Below are positions 30,411 to 39,969 of a stretch of DNA of 64,000 nt, in pieces (within the stretch, counting starts at the first letter, position 1; each line of letters opens with the position of its first letter). A program made the translations under genes and the position numbers. The DNA is from Candidatus Omnitrophota bacterium (GTDB lineage: Bacteria > Omnitrophota > Omnitrophia > Omnitrophales > Aquincolibacteriaceae), in the NCBI GenBank assembly GCA_022709525.1, contig JAKLIQ010000011.1, positions 6,040-70,039 of the forward strand, given 5' to 3'. The notes below the pieces were generated by a model. That model made no database searches and was not told the DNA's origin. It saw nothing but the letters and a program-made list of their open reading frames with translations.

Positions 30411-31504
30411 TCTTCGCGTAGCCCCAGCCCCAACGCAACCGGCAGAAAAGCCGCGTTGGCTTTGACAAGCCCTTCGTCGATCTCGGAAGCCCACCGGATC
30501 TTCGGAAGAACGTCCATGCAAACCACGGGGATCTGCAAACCGGCGCTCAGGGCTTTAAGAACCGCCGGATGCGTCATGCCGCCGCTTAGGAAAAGTTTGG
30601 TGATGGGCTTGGATTGGCCCGATTGATCATGGTAATAATCAAAAGAGACGCGCAGATCCCCGACCAGCCCTTCGAGGCTTTCGGTCATGGTCTGCGTCTC
30701 TTCCGGAGAACAAGCACCGTTCTCTTCAAATATTTTTTCGATCTTCTCATCCGTCAGATTCAAACGGCTTTTGAGCTTCTTTTGAAGGTCGTAGATCCCG
30801 TAGGAAATATCGCGGATAAAACGGGGTTTGCCTTCCCGGACAACCCCGAGCGTCGAGATCTCGGTGCCGAGGTCGAGCAGGCCGATATGACCCGAAAAAT
30901 CCTCCGGGTGAAAATACTCCAGGGCCGCCATCGCGGAAAGGATGTTCACGTCCACGACTGAAAGACGACATTCCAGATTGCGGAAGATCTCAAGCGTCGG
31001 GTCAAGCTCCTGGCGCTTCACGACCGCCAGCATGACCTCCATTTTTTCCCCGTCGTCGGTCTTGACACTTTCTTCGATCACGCCGAAATCAAGGACGACA
31101 TCGCTCAACTCGAACGGGATGTACTGTTCCGCCTCGTATTTCATGGCGCTGCTAAGATCTTCGACCTTCATCTTGGGAAAACGGATAAAGCGGATCACGA
31201 CGCCGTGCCCTTTGAGCGCGACGCGGATCCCGTCTTTGGGGAATTTTTTCCCGTCCAAAAAGGGCTTCAGGACAAGCGCCGGTTTTTGTTCACGGAAAGG
31301 ATTCTTGATCACTTCGAGCCGGCTGATATGAAGATGATCGGGACGTTTTTCGAGTTCGAGCAGGATGGTGCGCGTATGCTCCAGGTCGCAGGCCGTCACT
31401 TTGGAAATAACGGGCTTTTTCGTCATGTATTTCGACGAAATCCCGCTCCAAGCCGCGGAGGCTTGCTGGGCCGCTTTTTTGAGCTGTTCGGGATCAATTT
31501 TCAC
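30407..31504 (-). CDS. pilM: Type IV pilus assembly ATPase-like protein PilM
   Basis: Actin-like fold signature and position at the head of the pilMNOPQ operon. Confidence 0.8.
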   Translation of the reverse strand: MKIDPEQLKKAAQQASAAWSGISSKYMTKKPVISKVTACDLEHTRTILLELEKRPDHLHISRLEVIKNPFREQKPALVLKPFLDGKKFPKDGIRVALKGHGVVIRFIRFPKMKVEDLSSAMKYEAEQYIPFELSDVVLDFGVIEESVKTDDGEKMEVMLAVVKRQELDPTLEIFRNLECRLSVVDVNILSAMAALEYFHPEDFSGHIGLLDLGTEISTLGVVREGKPRFIRDISYGIYDLQKKLKSRLNLTDEKIEKIFEENGACSPEETQTMTESLEGLVGDLRVSFDYYHDQSGQSKPITKLFLSGGMTHPAVLKALSAGLQIPVVCMDVLPKIRWASEIDEGLVKANAAFLPVALGLGLREE

Positions 31505-31530
31505 AGGCAGACCTTAACAGAAAACGTTTG

Positions 31531-31578
31531 AAAAAAAAAGATAAAAAAACCCGCCCTGCTTTTTGAAAGCAGGGCGGG
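31531..31578 (-). terminator. Rho-independent terminator downstream of the major pilin gene
   Basis: Perfect 10-bp GC-rich stem cccgccctgc / gcagggcggg with loop tttttgaaa, followed on the minus strand by a T-run (plus-strand aaaaaaaaagataaaaaaa). Confidence 0.8.
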
Positions 31579-31607
31579 CCAACAAACACTTCTTGTATTT
31601 CCTATAC

Positions 31608-32102
31608 TTAGCTGCCGATCGCTACGCCGCCGGTGCAGCCTGCTGCAGCGCCCGTCGGAACGTTCGCGGTACCGTCATTGGTGGAACCGACAATCACGCC
31701 CGTCTGGTCAACACAATAGGTGTTGAGAGCCGTTTGCGCCGTTGCCGGAGCTGCCACGAGCGAGAAAGTGTTCGCGGCGGATGCGTAGGTCATGACGAAA
31801 CCGTGTTTCGGTGTTGCCGCTGCCTGAGCCAGGTTCCATGAGTTGTCAAGGTACGCGGGCCCAACCGCGGGAGTCACCATCGCAACGATGGTAGCAGGAT
31901 ACGTCGGAGGATTCTGTGCCGCGCGGAAACTTTCAACTGCAGAGCTGAAAGTACGCAGATCGGATCTCACAGCACCCTCATTCGCGTTGATGCGAGCGCG
32001 AAGAAGATTGGGGATGGCGATAGCGGCCAAAAGCCCAATGATCGCGACAACGATCATGATCTCCACCAACGTAAAACCTTTTTGGTTTAATTTGATAAAC
32101 AT
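31608..32102 (-). CDS. pilA: Type IV (pseudo)pilin, major pilin candidate
   Basis: Class III signal MFIKLNQKGFTLVEIMIVVAIIGLLAAIAIP (prepilin peptidase site G|FTLVE); own strong terminator. Confidence 0.85.
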   Translation of the reverse strand: MFIKLNQKGFTLVEIMIVVAIIGLLAAIAIPNLLRARINANEGAVRSDLRTFSSAVESFRAAQNPPTYPATIVAMVTPAVGPAYLDNSWNLAQAAATPKHGFVMTYASAANTFSLVAAPATAQTALNTYCVDQTGVIVGSTNDGTANVPTGAAAGCTGGVAIGS

Positions 32103-32292
32103 GTTATTCCTCCTATGTTTGCCACTGCCTACTAGTAGCTTAAACTACAAGTTATAATACGACAATCTTTGAGAGAACTAAACTATTTTTTTTATCAATA
32201 TCGTTATATTGAACCTCTTTAAAAAGACTCCAAAAGGCCATCGCGACACTCCTCCCCGTCTCAAAATGGCACAGGAACGAAGGAGCTTCGAA

Positions 32293-33531
32293 TTACTTGA
32301 TGGCTTGCGTCAGGGTAAGGATCGGGAGGAAGAGCGCGATCACAATGCCGCCGATTACGACGCCCAGGAAAGCGATGATGAGCGGCTCGATGAGCGAAGT
32401 GAGCCCGGCGACCGCGGCATCGACCTGGGTATCATAAAAATCCGCGATCTTGGTAAGCATCGCCTCTAATTCGCCCGTCTCCTCCCCGATCGAGATCATG
32501 CGGACGACCATGGAGGGGAAAATACCGCTCTTGCTTAAAGGCCCCGCGATGCTTTCGCCGCGTTTGACCGACGCCATGAGGTCGATGATGATCTTTTCGA
32601 TGCGGGCGTTGCCGGAGGTCTTGGAAACGATCTCCAATGCCGAGAGGATCGCCACGCCGCTCCGTACCAGCGTGGAAAGCGTCCTGGAGAATTTGCTGAC
32701 CGCCACTTTCATGATGATCGGCCCGAAGATCGGCATGCGCAGCGTAAAAGAATCCCACGACAACCTGCCGAACGGCGAGCGCGTGTACTGAACGAACATA
32801 AAAACAGCGCCGCCGATGACCGCGAGGATCCACCACCAGTTGGCCGCCAGATAATTGCTCAGGTTGATCAAGATCTGGGTCGGCATCGGCAGTTTTGCCC
32901 CCAACCCTTCGAAGATCGTCGCGAATTTCGGGATCACGAACGCCAGCATTGCGAACGTGATCGCGAACGCCATGATCGACACGATCAGGGGGTACATCAT
33001 GGCCGCCTTGACCTTTTTTTGGAGCGCGCTTGATTTTTCAAAATAATGCGCCACGCGGTCCAGGATCTCCTGCAGCCGGCCGCTGGTCTCTCCAGCCCGC
33101 ACCATGTGGATAAAAAGCGCCGAAAAGACCTTTTGATGGACCTGCATCGCTTCCGAAAGACTCTTGCCGCTTTGCACGTCGGAATGCATACGGCGAAGAA
33201 CAAGACGGAATTTTTCCTTATCCATCTGCTCGCCTAAGATGTCGATGGACTGGATGAGCGGGATGCCGGCCGCGACAAGCGTCGCCATCTGCCGGGCAAA
33301 AATAACGAGGTCGTCCAGCTTGATCGAGCCGGGTTTCCCCTTGGCGCCGCGGGGGGCGGGCCCTTTTTGGACGCTTAAGATCGAAGGCCCTTTTTTGACC
33401 TGCTCGACGCGGACAACCAGGTAGCCCTGCGTCCGGAGCTGCCGGACAAGCTCCGGAGCGTCGGCGGCATCCTGGACCCCCTTAAGGTCTTTTCCTGCCT
33501 TATCTTTAACGAGATATTCAAAGGACGGCAT
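32293..33531 (-). CDS. pilC: Type IV pilus platform protein PilC/GspF
   Basis: Two GspF repeats and 3 TM segments; 412 aa. Confidence 0.85.
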   Translation of the reverse strand: MPSFEYLVKDKAGKDLKGVQDAADAPELVRQLRTQGYLVVRVEQVKKGPSILSVQKGPAPRGAKGKPGSIKLDDLVIFARQMATLVAAGIPLIQSIDILGEQMDKEKFRLVLRRMHSDVQSGKSLSEAMQVHQKVFSALFIHMVRAGETSGRLQEILDRVAHYFEKSSALQKKVKAAMMYPLIVSIMAFAITFAMLAFVIPKFATIFEGLGAKLPMPTQILINLSNYLAANWWWILAVIGGAVFMFVQYTRSPFGRLSWDSFTLRMPIFGPIIMKVAVSKFSRTLSTLVRSGVAILSALEIVSKTSGNARIEKIIIDLMASVKRGESIAGPLSKSGIFPSMVVRMISIGEETGELEAMLTKIADFYDTQVDAAVAGLTSLIEPLIIAFLGVVIGGIVIALFLPILTLTQAIK

Positions 33532-33534
33532 CGG

Positions 33535-35289
33535 TTATTCCTGGCTTGAAACGCGGAGCACTTCTTCCAGGGTCGTCACCCCGGATTTAAAAAGGCCTAA
33601 AGCGTTTTCGAAGAGCGTTTCCATACCCTTCTCAACGGCAAGTTGATGAATAACATTACTGGATTTCTTCTGGATCACAAGCTCGCGGATATCGGAATCC
33701 ACCAACAGAACCTCGCTCGCCCCCGTCCTGCCGAAATACCCGGTCATGTTGCATTTGGCGCAGCCCTTTCCTTTATAGGCCGTCACTTTGGCTAATTCCC
33801 CTTCGGGAAGCTTGCAGCGGCGCAGAACTTCGGGCGGAACGGGCGACGGCGCTTTACAGTTCGGGCAGATCTTGCGAAGCAGGCGCTGGGCGGCGACGCA
33901 AACGACCGACGAAGCGATCAAGAAAGGTTCGACTCCCATATCCATCAGACGCGTCATGGCGCCCGCGGCGCTATTGGTGTGAAGTGTGCTGAATACCAAG
34001 TGCCCGGTCAGGGCGGCTTTGACCGCGATGTCAGCGGTCTCGGCGTCGCGAATCTCGCCCACCAGCACGATATCGGGGCTCTGACGCAGAAGGGCGCGCA
34101 GGCCGCTCGCAAAAGTCAGCCCGATCTCGGGCTGCACTTGCGTCTGTGTGATGCCTTCGACCTGGTATTCCACGGGATCTTCCACGGTCATCAGGTTTTT
34201 TTGCGGCGTATTGAGCGTGTTGAGGATCGAATAAAGCGTCGTGGACTTTCCGCTGCCGGTAGGGCCCGTCACAAGGATCATGCCGTAGGGTTTTTTGACG
34301 GCCTCGGCAAGCGCGCGGGTCGGTTTATCCGTAAAACCGAGCTTGTCGAGCCCCGAGCGGATCCCGCCCCGGTCCAGAACGCGCAGCACCATTTTTTCCC
34401 CATAATAAGTCGGCAGGACCGAGACGCGAAAGTCGACCTGTTTTTCCTTCAGGATGAGGCGGAACCTTCCGTCCTGCGGCACGCGTTTTTCGGTGATATC
34501 GAGCTGCGAGATGATCTTGACGCGCGCCACGATCGCCGGATAAAGGTCCAGCGCATGCGAAAAAGATTCCTTCAAGGCGCCGTCGATGCGGTAACGGATC
34601 CGGAATTCTTTTTCATAGGGCTCGAAGTGAATGTCCGAAGCGCGCGATTTGAGCGCCTTTTCAAGGATGAAGTTGACCATCTTGATGACCGGCGCGTCAT
34701 CGGCGCCCGTTTTTACAACATTGCCTCCCTCTTTTTCATCTTCCTTGATAACCTCAAGGCCTTCCGCGTCCGCCTCGGTCACGAATTCGTCGAAATTCTT
34801 GCTTTCGGAATAATAATCATCGATCGCGGCCGCGATCTTGGAAGGCGACGCGAGCACCATGCTTACATTGCACCCCGTCAGATGCTTGATATCGTCATAG
34901 ATCCTCAATTTGAAAGGATCGCTTGTGGCGACCGTCAGCATTTTTCCGATATGAGCAACGGGGATCACTTTATGCTGTTCGACGAATTTTTTGGGAAGCA
35001 GCTTCAATACTTCCGGATTGGATTGCAGGCTGTGAAGGTTCAGGGTCGGAACTTCCAGCTGGGCGCTTAAAAAATCCATTACCTCTTCTTCGGAAAGGGT
35101 CTTTTCGCTTAAGATGGCTTGAAAAATATTGCCGCCGTGTTTGGACGACAGTTTTTCCAAACGCTCGCAGTCCTCGTCGGACATTTTCAGGCCCTTCAGC
35201 CATCCCCGGACGATTCCCTTATCAATCATCGGAAACCCTCCCGGCTTTGGAACCGGCGTCCACGGTTGTGACGCGGAAAACTTCTTCAA
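33535..35289 (-). CDS. pilB: GspE/PilB-family secretion ATPase (copy 1)
   Basis: Walker A GPTGSGKSTT, Asp box, His box and a tetracysteine CPNCK...CAKC motif. The true start may be the internal MIDKGIVRG at about 35229. Confidence 0.85.
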   Translation of the reverse strand: MKKFSASQPWTPVPKPGGFPMIDKGIVRGWLKGLKMSDEDCERLEKLSSKHGGNIFQAILSEKTLSEEEVMDFLSAQLEVPTLNLHSLQSNPEVLKLLPKKFVEQHKVIPVAHIGKMLTVATSDPFKLRIYDDIKHLTGCNVSMVLASPSKIAAAIDDYYSESKNFDEFVTEADAEGLEVIKEDEKEGGNVVKTGADDAPVIKMVNFILEKALKSRASDIHFEPYEKEFRIRYRIDGALKESFSHALDLYPAIVARVKIISQLDITEKRVPQDGRFRLILKEKQVDFRVSVLPTYYGEKMVLRVLDRGGIRSGLDKLGFTDKPTRALAEAVKKPYGMILVTGPTGSGKSTTLYSILNTLNTPQKNLMTVEDPVEYQVEGITQTQVQPEIGLTFASGLRALLRQSPDIVLVGEIRDAETADIAVKAALTGHLVFSTLHTNSAAGAMTRLMDMGVEPFLIASSVVCVAAQRLLRKICPNCKAPSPVPPEVLRRCKLPEGELAKVTAYKGKGCAKCNMTGYFGRTGASEVLLVDSDIRELVIQKKSSNVIHQLAVEKGMETLFENALGLFKSGVTTLEEVLRVSSQE

Positions 35290-36997
35290 GCGAGGTCTCG
35301 CCGGAAAGCGCTTTCTGGATGGCGGATTCGCGCAGCGTATGCATCCCGTTTTCCCGGGCTTTCTGTTTGATCAGATCGGCCGACGCTCCTTGCATGATCA
35401 TGTCAAGGATGTCCGGTTTCATTTCCAGGATCTCGGTGATCACGCTCCGGCCCTGATAACCGAGCTGGCGGCATTGCGAACACCCTTTCGCCTTCCAGAG
35501 CTGCACCTTTTTGTGCGGGTCCAGGTTCAATAACTTATAGATATTCGGTTCCGGGTCGTACGCCGCGCGGCACCGGGGGCAAAGACGGCGGACCAGGCGC
35601 TGGGCCGAGATCATGAGCACCGTTGACGCGATCAAAAAGGGCTCAAGCCCCAGGTTCGCCATGCGGGTCACGGAACTGACGGCATCATTCGTATGGAGCG
35701 TGCTAAGCACGAGATGGCCCGTCAGCGCCGCCTTGACGGCAATGTCGAGGGTATCGGCGTCGCGGATCTCCCCGATCAGGATGATGTCAGGGTCCTGGCG
35801 GAGGATCGAACGCAGCGCGGCCGGAAAGGTCAGGCCGATCGCCTCGCGGACATTGACCTGATTGATGCCGGGCATTTGATATTCCACCGGGTCTTCGACG
35901 GTCGTGATATTGACCTGCGGAGAATCGAGGTGTTCCAGGATCGAGTAAAGCGTGGTCGTCTTGCCGCTCCCGGTCGGGCCGGTTACCAGGATCATGCCGT
36001 GCGGCTTCTGCGCGGAATCCCGAATGATCCTTTGTTCGGATTCCGTAAAACCAAGCTTGGAGATATCGTGGGATTGCGCACCGGTATCCAGAATACGCAA
36101 ACAAACCTTTTCGCCGAAACTGGACGGAAGGATCGAAACGCGCATATCCACTTCGCGCCCTTGCGTCCGGACCTTGAAACGGCCATCCTGCGGCACGCGG
36201 TGCTCGGCGATATTCAGCTGGCTCATGATCTTGATGCGCGAGACGATCGCGGGGGCATAGGTCTTCTGCGTTTTAACGATCTCTTCCAGGATCCCGTCCA
36301 CGCGGACCCGGATCCGGACGAAATTTTCCCACGGCTCGACAAAAATATCGCTCGCGTGGCGGCGTACCCCCTCGACAAGGACCATGTTCACCAGCTTCAC
36401 GACCGGGGCCTGATTGGCCTGTTCCATGAGGTCGGAAACCTGCTGCTTGTCGATCGTCGCCTCGCTCTCCACCATCTTCGCGAGATCGACAAGCTCTTCC
36501 CCGCCGCTCTCTTCGGCCGCCGCGGCCTCTTCGTAGGCGGGCGCCTCTTCCTGATAGCACTTTTTAATGTATTCCTTAAGCATCGAATACTCCGCCACCG
36601 ACGCGCGGATACGCATGCCCGTCGCCGCTTGGAGCTGGTCCAGGACTTTTAAATTCGTGGGGTTCGCGAAAGCGACGGTCAGCGTTTTCTCAAAAAGAGA
36701 GACGGGAAGACAGACGTGCTCTTCAGCCGCTTTTTTGGGAATAAGTTTCAGAACGTCTTTGTGGATCACGAGCATTTTCAAGCTGACAAGGCGATAACCG
36801 TATTCGGAGACTAAAAGCTGGACAAGCTTTTTTTCGTCGCATTTGCCGTGATCAAGAAGAATATCAAGAAAATGGCTTTTTTGCCCGCTCTTGGCCTGTT
36901 CCTGGCTTGCCTGATAAAGGTCCTCCGGCTTCACCGTTCCCGAGCGGACCAGCGCTTCTCTCAGATCTGATTGTGAACTATGCGGCCGTTCTTCCAT
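35222..36997 (-). CDS. GspE/PilB-family secretion ATPase (copy 2) with N-terminal GSPII_E_N (MshEN-like) domain
   Basis: Walker A GPTGSGKTTT; CPRC...CSQC tetracysteine; N-terminal ...TVKPEDLYQASQEQAKSGQ... domain. Confidence 0.85.
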   Translation of the reverse strand: MEERPHSSQSDLREALVRSGTVKPEDLYQASQEQAKSGQKSHFLDILLDHGKCDEKKLVQLLVSEYGYRLVSLKMLVIHKDVLKLIPKKAAEEHVCLPVSLFEKTLTVAFANPTNLKVLDQLQAATGMRIRASVAEYSMLKEYIKKCYQEEAPAYEEAAAAEESGGEELVDLAKMVESEATIDKQQVSDLMEQANQAPVVKLVNMVLVEGVRRHASDIFVEPWENFVRIRVRVDGILEEIVKTQKTYAPAIVSRIKIMSQLNIAEHRVPQDGRFKVRTQGREVDMRVSILPSSFGEKVCLRILDTGAQSHDISKLGFTESEQRIIRDSAQKPHGMILVTGPTGSGKTTTLYSILEHLDSPQVNITTVEDPVEYQMPGINQVNVREAIGLTFPAALRSILRQDPDIILIGEIRDADTLDIAVKAALTGHLVLSTLHTNDAVSSVTRMANLGLEPFLIASTVLMISAQRLVRRLCPRCRAAYDPEPNIYKLLNLDPHKKVQLWKAKGCSQCRQLGYQGRSVITEILEMKPDILDMIMQGASADLIKQKARENGMHTLRESAIQKALSGETSLEEVFRVTTVDAGSKAGRVSDD

Positions 36998-37000
36998 GGT

Positions 37001-37450
37001 TTACCCCTGCGGCGCCTCGTGATAAATGAAATAGATCGCGTTCAGGATCTCCGACATGCGGGAAAGATAGACTTGCGGGACGCGGCCGGTAAGCGCTTTG
37101 ACCTTTTCGATAGCCGCTTCGTTCATGGGATCCGCAAGCGCGACATAGACTTTTTTTGCGTCGCAGTCGAACGCGACGATCATATTTTCATGGCAAAAAT
37201 CCGATTTCAGGACTTCCGCCATATCGGGATTGATCGAATAGTTCTTCAGCGAAAGGTAAGGGATCTTGAACTGCTTGCCGAGAGCGCCGATCAGATCCTC
37301 TTCCTCCAGGAAATTCTTTTCAATGAGGATCTTCCCGATCAACCCTCCCTTTTCCTTTTGATGGGCGAGGGCCTCCTCCAGCTGCGTTTTGGTAAGCAGC
37401 CCGTCTTCGATCAAGATCTCCCCGATCCGGCGTTTTATCTTAGGACCCAT
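37001..37450 (-). CDS. Stand-alone GspE N-terminal (T2SE_Nter / MshEN-type) domain protein
   Basis: RIGEILIEDGLLTKTQLEEALAHQKEKGGLIGKILIEKNFLEEEDLIGAL matches the duplicated MshEN-like motif; 149 aa. Confidence 0.6.
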   Translation of the reverse strand: MGPKIKRRIGEILIEDGLLTKTQLEEALAHQKEKGGLIGKILIEKNFLEEEDLIGALGKQFKIPYLSLKNYSINPDMAEVLKSDFCHENMIVAFDCDAKKVYVALADPMNEAAIEKVKALTGRVPQVYLSRMSEILNAIYFIYHEAPQG

Positions 37451-37530
37451 CGACCACTCCTTGATTCACTTATCTTTAAGTAACGGCATAAGTTGCAAAG
37501 AATTTTATTATTTTTACCCGCCCGGGTGAA

Positions 37531-38214
37531 CTAAAAGAAACGTCGCAACGGACATGAGCCGCAATAGGGCGACTTGCGGCAATATTCCTTTCCTAGCCGG
37601 ACGATCTGGGCATGGTAATCATTGTAAAGATCAAGATCCTCGGGCAGGGCCCGGGTAAAAAGCTCCCGCCACCACTCATAGTCTTCATGGTCCCGGGCCA
37701 AACCATGCCTTGAAAAGATCCTTTTAGTGTAGGCGTCGATCACGAAAGATTTCTTATTCAGGGCGTAAAGAAGAATGGAATCAGCCGTTTCGGGGCCGAT
37801 CCCCTTAACGGAGAGCAGTTTTTGACGAAGCAAGGACGCGGGCTCACGCATAAGCCGCCGGAGATCTCCGCCGCACTCGCGGTCCAAAAAATCGATGAAG
37901 CATTTAAGGCGATCCGCTTTAACGTTGAAATAACCGGCGGGGCGGATCAAACGCGCGAGTTCCTTGCGGGAGATCTTGCGGAGGGCTTTAAATGAAAGCG
38001 CCTTGGCCCTTTTTAGATTAAGAATGGCTTTCTCGACATTGGTCCATGCCGTGTTCTGCGTCAGGATCGCGCCGACCATGACTTCGAACGGAGTTTCGCC
38101 CGGCCACCACCGCTGATGCCCGAAAGTCCGCCGCAGGGCGGCATAAACCTGCCTCAACTGCGCGGCCCGCAATTTACGCTTTTTTCGAAAAAGGATAGGT
38201 TTTGAGCACTTCAT
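37531..38214 (-). CDS. HhH-GPD superfamily DNA glycosylase (endonuclease III-like)
   Basis: ...LTQNTAWTNVEKA... HhH-GPD signature; Cys-rich C-terminus CRKSPYCGSCP (FeS loop). Confidence 0.6.
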   Translation of the reverse strand: MKCSKPILFRKKRKLRAAQLRQVYAALRRTFGHQRWWPGETPFEVMVGAILTQNTAWTNVEKAILNLKRAKALSFKALRKISRKELARLIRPAGYFNVKADRLKCFIDFLDRECGGDLRRLMREPASLLRQKLLSVKGIGPETADSILLYALNKKSFVIDAYTKRIFSRHGLARDHEDYEWWRELFTRALPEDLDLYNDYHAQIVRLGKEYCRKSPYCGSCPLRRFF

Positions 38215-38767
38215 AGCGGGCGCCTTCCGGGAAACAGTGGCTTTGATAAAGGACGAAATGATCCGCCGTCTTTTCCGGGGTTGGAAATCTGAACGGGATC
38301 TTTTCCGTCAGTCGGTCCAGATCCCTTACGGTTTTCTTCACGCGGCCCACGGTGACATGGGGATGAAAAGGCCTTGATTCGACCTCGAAACCAAGCCGCC
38401 TGATCTCGTTTTGGACGGCATCCTGAAAGAACAAAAGCTGCTTCCCGCTTTCTTCGACGCCAAACCAGATAATGTTCGGTCTTTTTAGACCCGGAAAAGC
38501 GCCGAGCTTGTCCATTTTCAACGAAAGAGGCGAGAAGTTCAAAGCGATGTTTTGCATGGAAGTATTGATTCTTCCGGTCTCGCTTGCGGGGATGGACCCG
38601 AAAAAGTGAAGTGTCAGATGGACCTGTCCGGGCTCGACCCAGCGAACGCCGGGAACGGCTTCGCGAAGCAACGGCAATATCCGATCTAACTCATCGCAAA
38701 AAAGCGCTCCGAGCGGCAACGCAAGAAAAACCCGGATCGAAGGATTGCCTACCGGATCGCCATCCAT
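38174..38767 (-). CDS. thpR: 2'-5' RNA ligase / 2H phosphoesterase (LigT/ThpR)
   Basis: Two H-x-T-x motifs: HLTLHF and HVTVGR. Confidence 0.8.
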   Translation of the reverse strand: MDGDPVGNPSIRVFLALPLGALFCDELDRILPLLREAVPGVRWVEPGQVHLTLHFFGSIPASETGRINTSMQNIALNFSPLSLKMDKLGAFPGLKRPNIIWFGVEESGKQLLFFQDAVQNEIRRLGFEVESRPFHPHVTVGRVKKTVRDLDRLTEKIPFRFPTPEKTADHFVLYQSHCFPEGARYEVLKTYPFSKKA

Positions 38768-39969
38768 AAATGCTCAAGCGCCTTCATCGCGGCCCTGGCC
38801 TGCACTTGATGCCGTTCGCCCCAGAAAAGATGCTTCCAGGCCCGGGCTTTCCCGTCCGGTGTCGCGAGCCCGATATAAACAAGGCCGACCGGTTTCCGGG
38901 AACTGCCTCCGCCGGGACCCGCGATCCCTGTGATGCCGATCCCGTAACTTGATTCCATTTTCTCTCTTACCGAAAGCGCGAGCTGCGCGGCGACCTGGGC
39001 GGAAACTTCTCCATGGTCCTGGATCAATTTTCCTGGAACGCCCAACTTCTTTTTAACGAGAGCGTGATAGGCGACCGTCCCGCCCCTGAAGAATGCGCTT
39101 GCGCCGGATTCAGCCGTGATCTTGGAAGCCAGAAGCCCTCCCGTGCAGCTTTCGGCGACCGCGAGCGTTTTTTTCTTTTTTTTAAGGATCTGCGCGATCA
39201 CGCCCGCAAGAGGGGTTTCATCCCAGGCGTAGATCCGGTCCTTAAGGCGGGCCGCGATCTTGCGCTTGACCCGGCTGAAAACAGCCGCGCTTTCGGCAAG
39301 GATGCGGATCGTCACTTCGCCCGGCGCCGGATAGATGCCGAAATCGAAAGGTTCGTCAAAAAAATCTTTCCCCAGACGCTTCATCACGTCCGGTTCTGAA
39401 ATGCCGGCCATCCTTGCGACCAGCTTCCGGCTGCCGAGGAGTTTCCCGTATTTTTTCCTCAAGACCGGCAACACCACATCAAAAAACATGCTCTTTAATT
39501 CCGCGGGCACCCCGGGAAGCGCGATCACAAGCTTTTGCGAAGTCTCGATCGAAAACCCGAGCGCGATCCCGAAGCGATTGATCAGGGGTTTCGCGTTTTC
39601 GGGATAAAAAGCTTCGCGCTTCACGAGCGGCGGGATCCGTTTCCCGAAACGTTTGTAGAGTTTTTGGAGGCGGCGGTACTGGGGCTCGGAAAAAACAAGC
39701 GGCACATTGAAATGCGCGGCAACGCCTTCGCGGGTCACATCGTCCGGCGTCGGCCCGAGGCCTCCCATGACAAACACCGCGTCGGCACGCCGTAATATCT
39801 CGCCCAAACGGAACCGGATGGCCTCTTGTGAATCGGGACAAACCGCATGCGAGATCACTTCGAATCCGAGGCCGGTAAGCTCGCGGCCCAGGAATGCGGC
39901 GTTCGTATTGACCACGCTCCCCCGCAACACTTCATTTCCGACGGAGAGGACCGCAGCGGTGGGTTTCAT
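38749..39969 (-). CDS. cinA: CinA (MoCF-like domain plus nicotinamide-nucleotide amidase PncC domain)
   Basis: N-terminus AAVLSVGNEVLRGSVVNTNAAFL is typical of CinA; 406 aa, two-domain length. Confidence 0.8.
   Translation of the reverse strand: MKPTAAVLSVGNEVLRGSVVNTNAAFLGRELTGLGFEVISHAVCPDSQEAIRFRLGEILRRADAVFVMGGLGPTPDDVTREGVAAHFNVPLVFSEPQYRRLQKLYKRFGKRIPPLVKREAFYPENAKPLINRFGIALGFSIETSQKLVIALPGVPAELKSMFFDVVLPVLRKKYGKLLGSRKLVARMAGISEPDVMKRLGKDFFDEPFDFGIYPAPGEVTIRILAESAAVFSRVKRKIAARLKDRIYAWDETPLAGVIAQILKKKKKTLAVAESCTGGLLASKITAESGASAFFRGGTVAYHALVKKKLGVPGKLIQDHGEVSAQVAAQLALSVREKMESSYGIGITGIAGPGGGSSRKPVGLVYIGLATPDGKARAWKHLFWGERHQVQARAAMKALEHLWMAIR

Noticed and set aside
32103-32292. Sigma-54 promoter upstream of the pilin gene (GGCAGTGGCAAAC)
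   Set aside because: The spacing and sequence do not fit TGGCAC-N5-TTGCW. Only a generic -10-like TATTATAA and a strong AGGAGG RBS are evident.
33979-36652. Long plus-strand ORFs (363 aa and 319 aa) antisense to the two GspE ATPase genes
   Set aside because: Both GspE genes have Walker A, Walker B and tetracysteine motifs on the minus strand. The antisense translations are Arg/Asp-rich nonsense.
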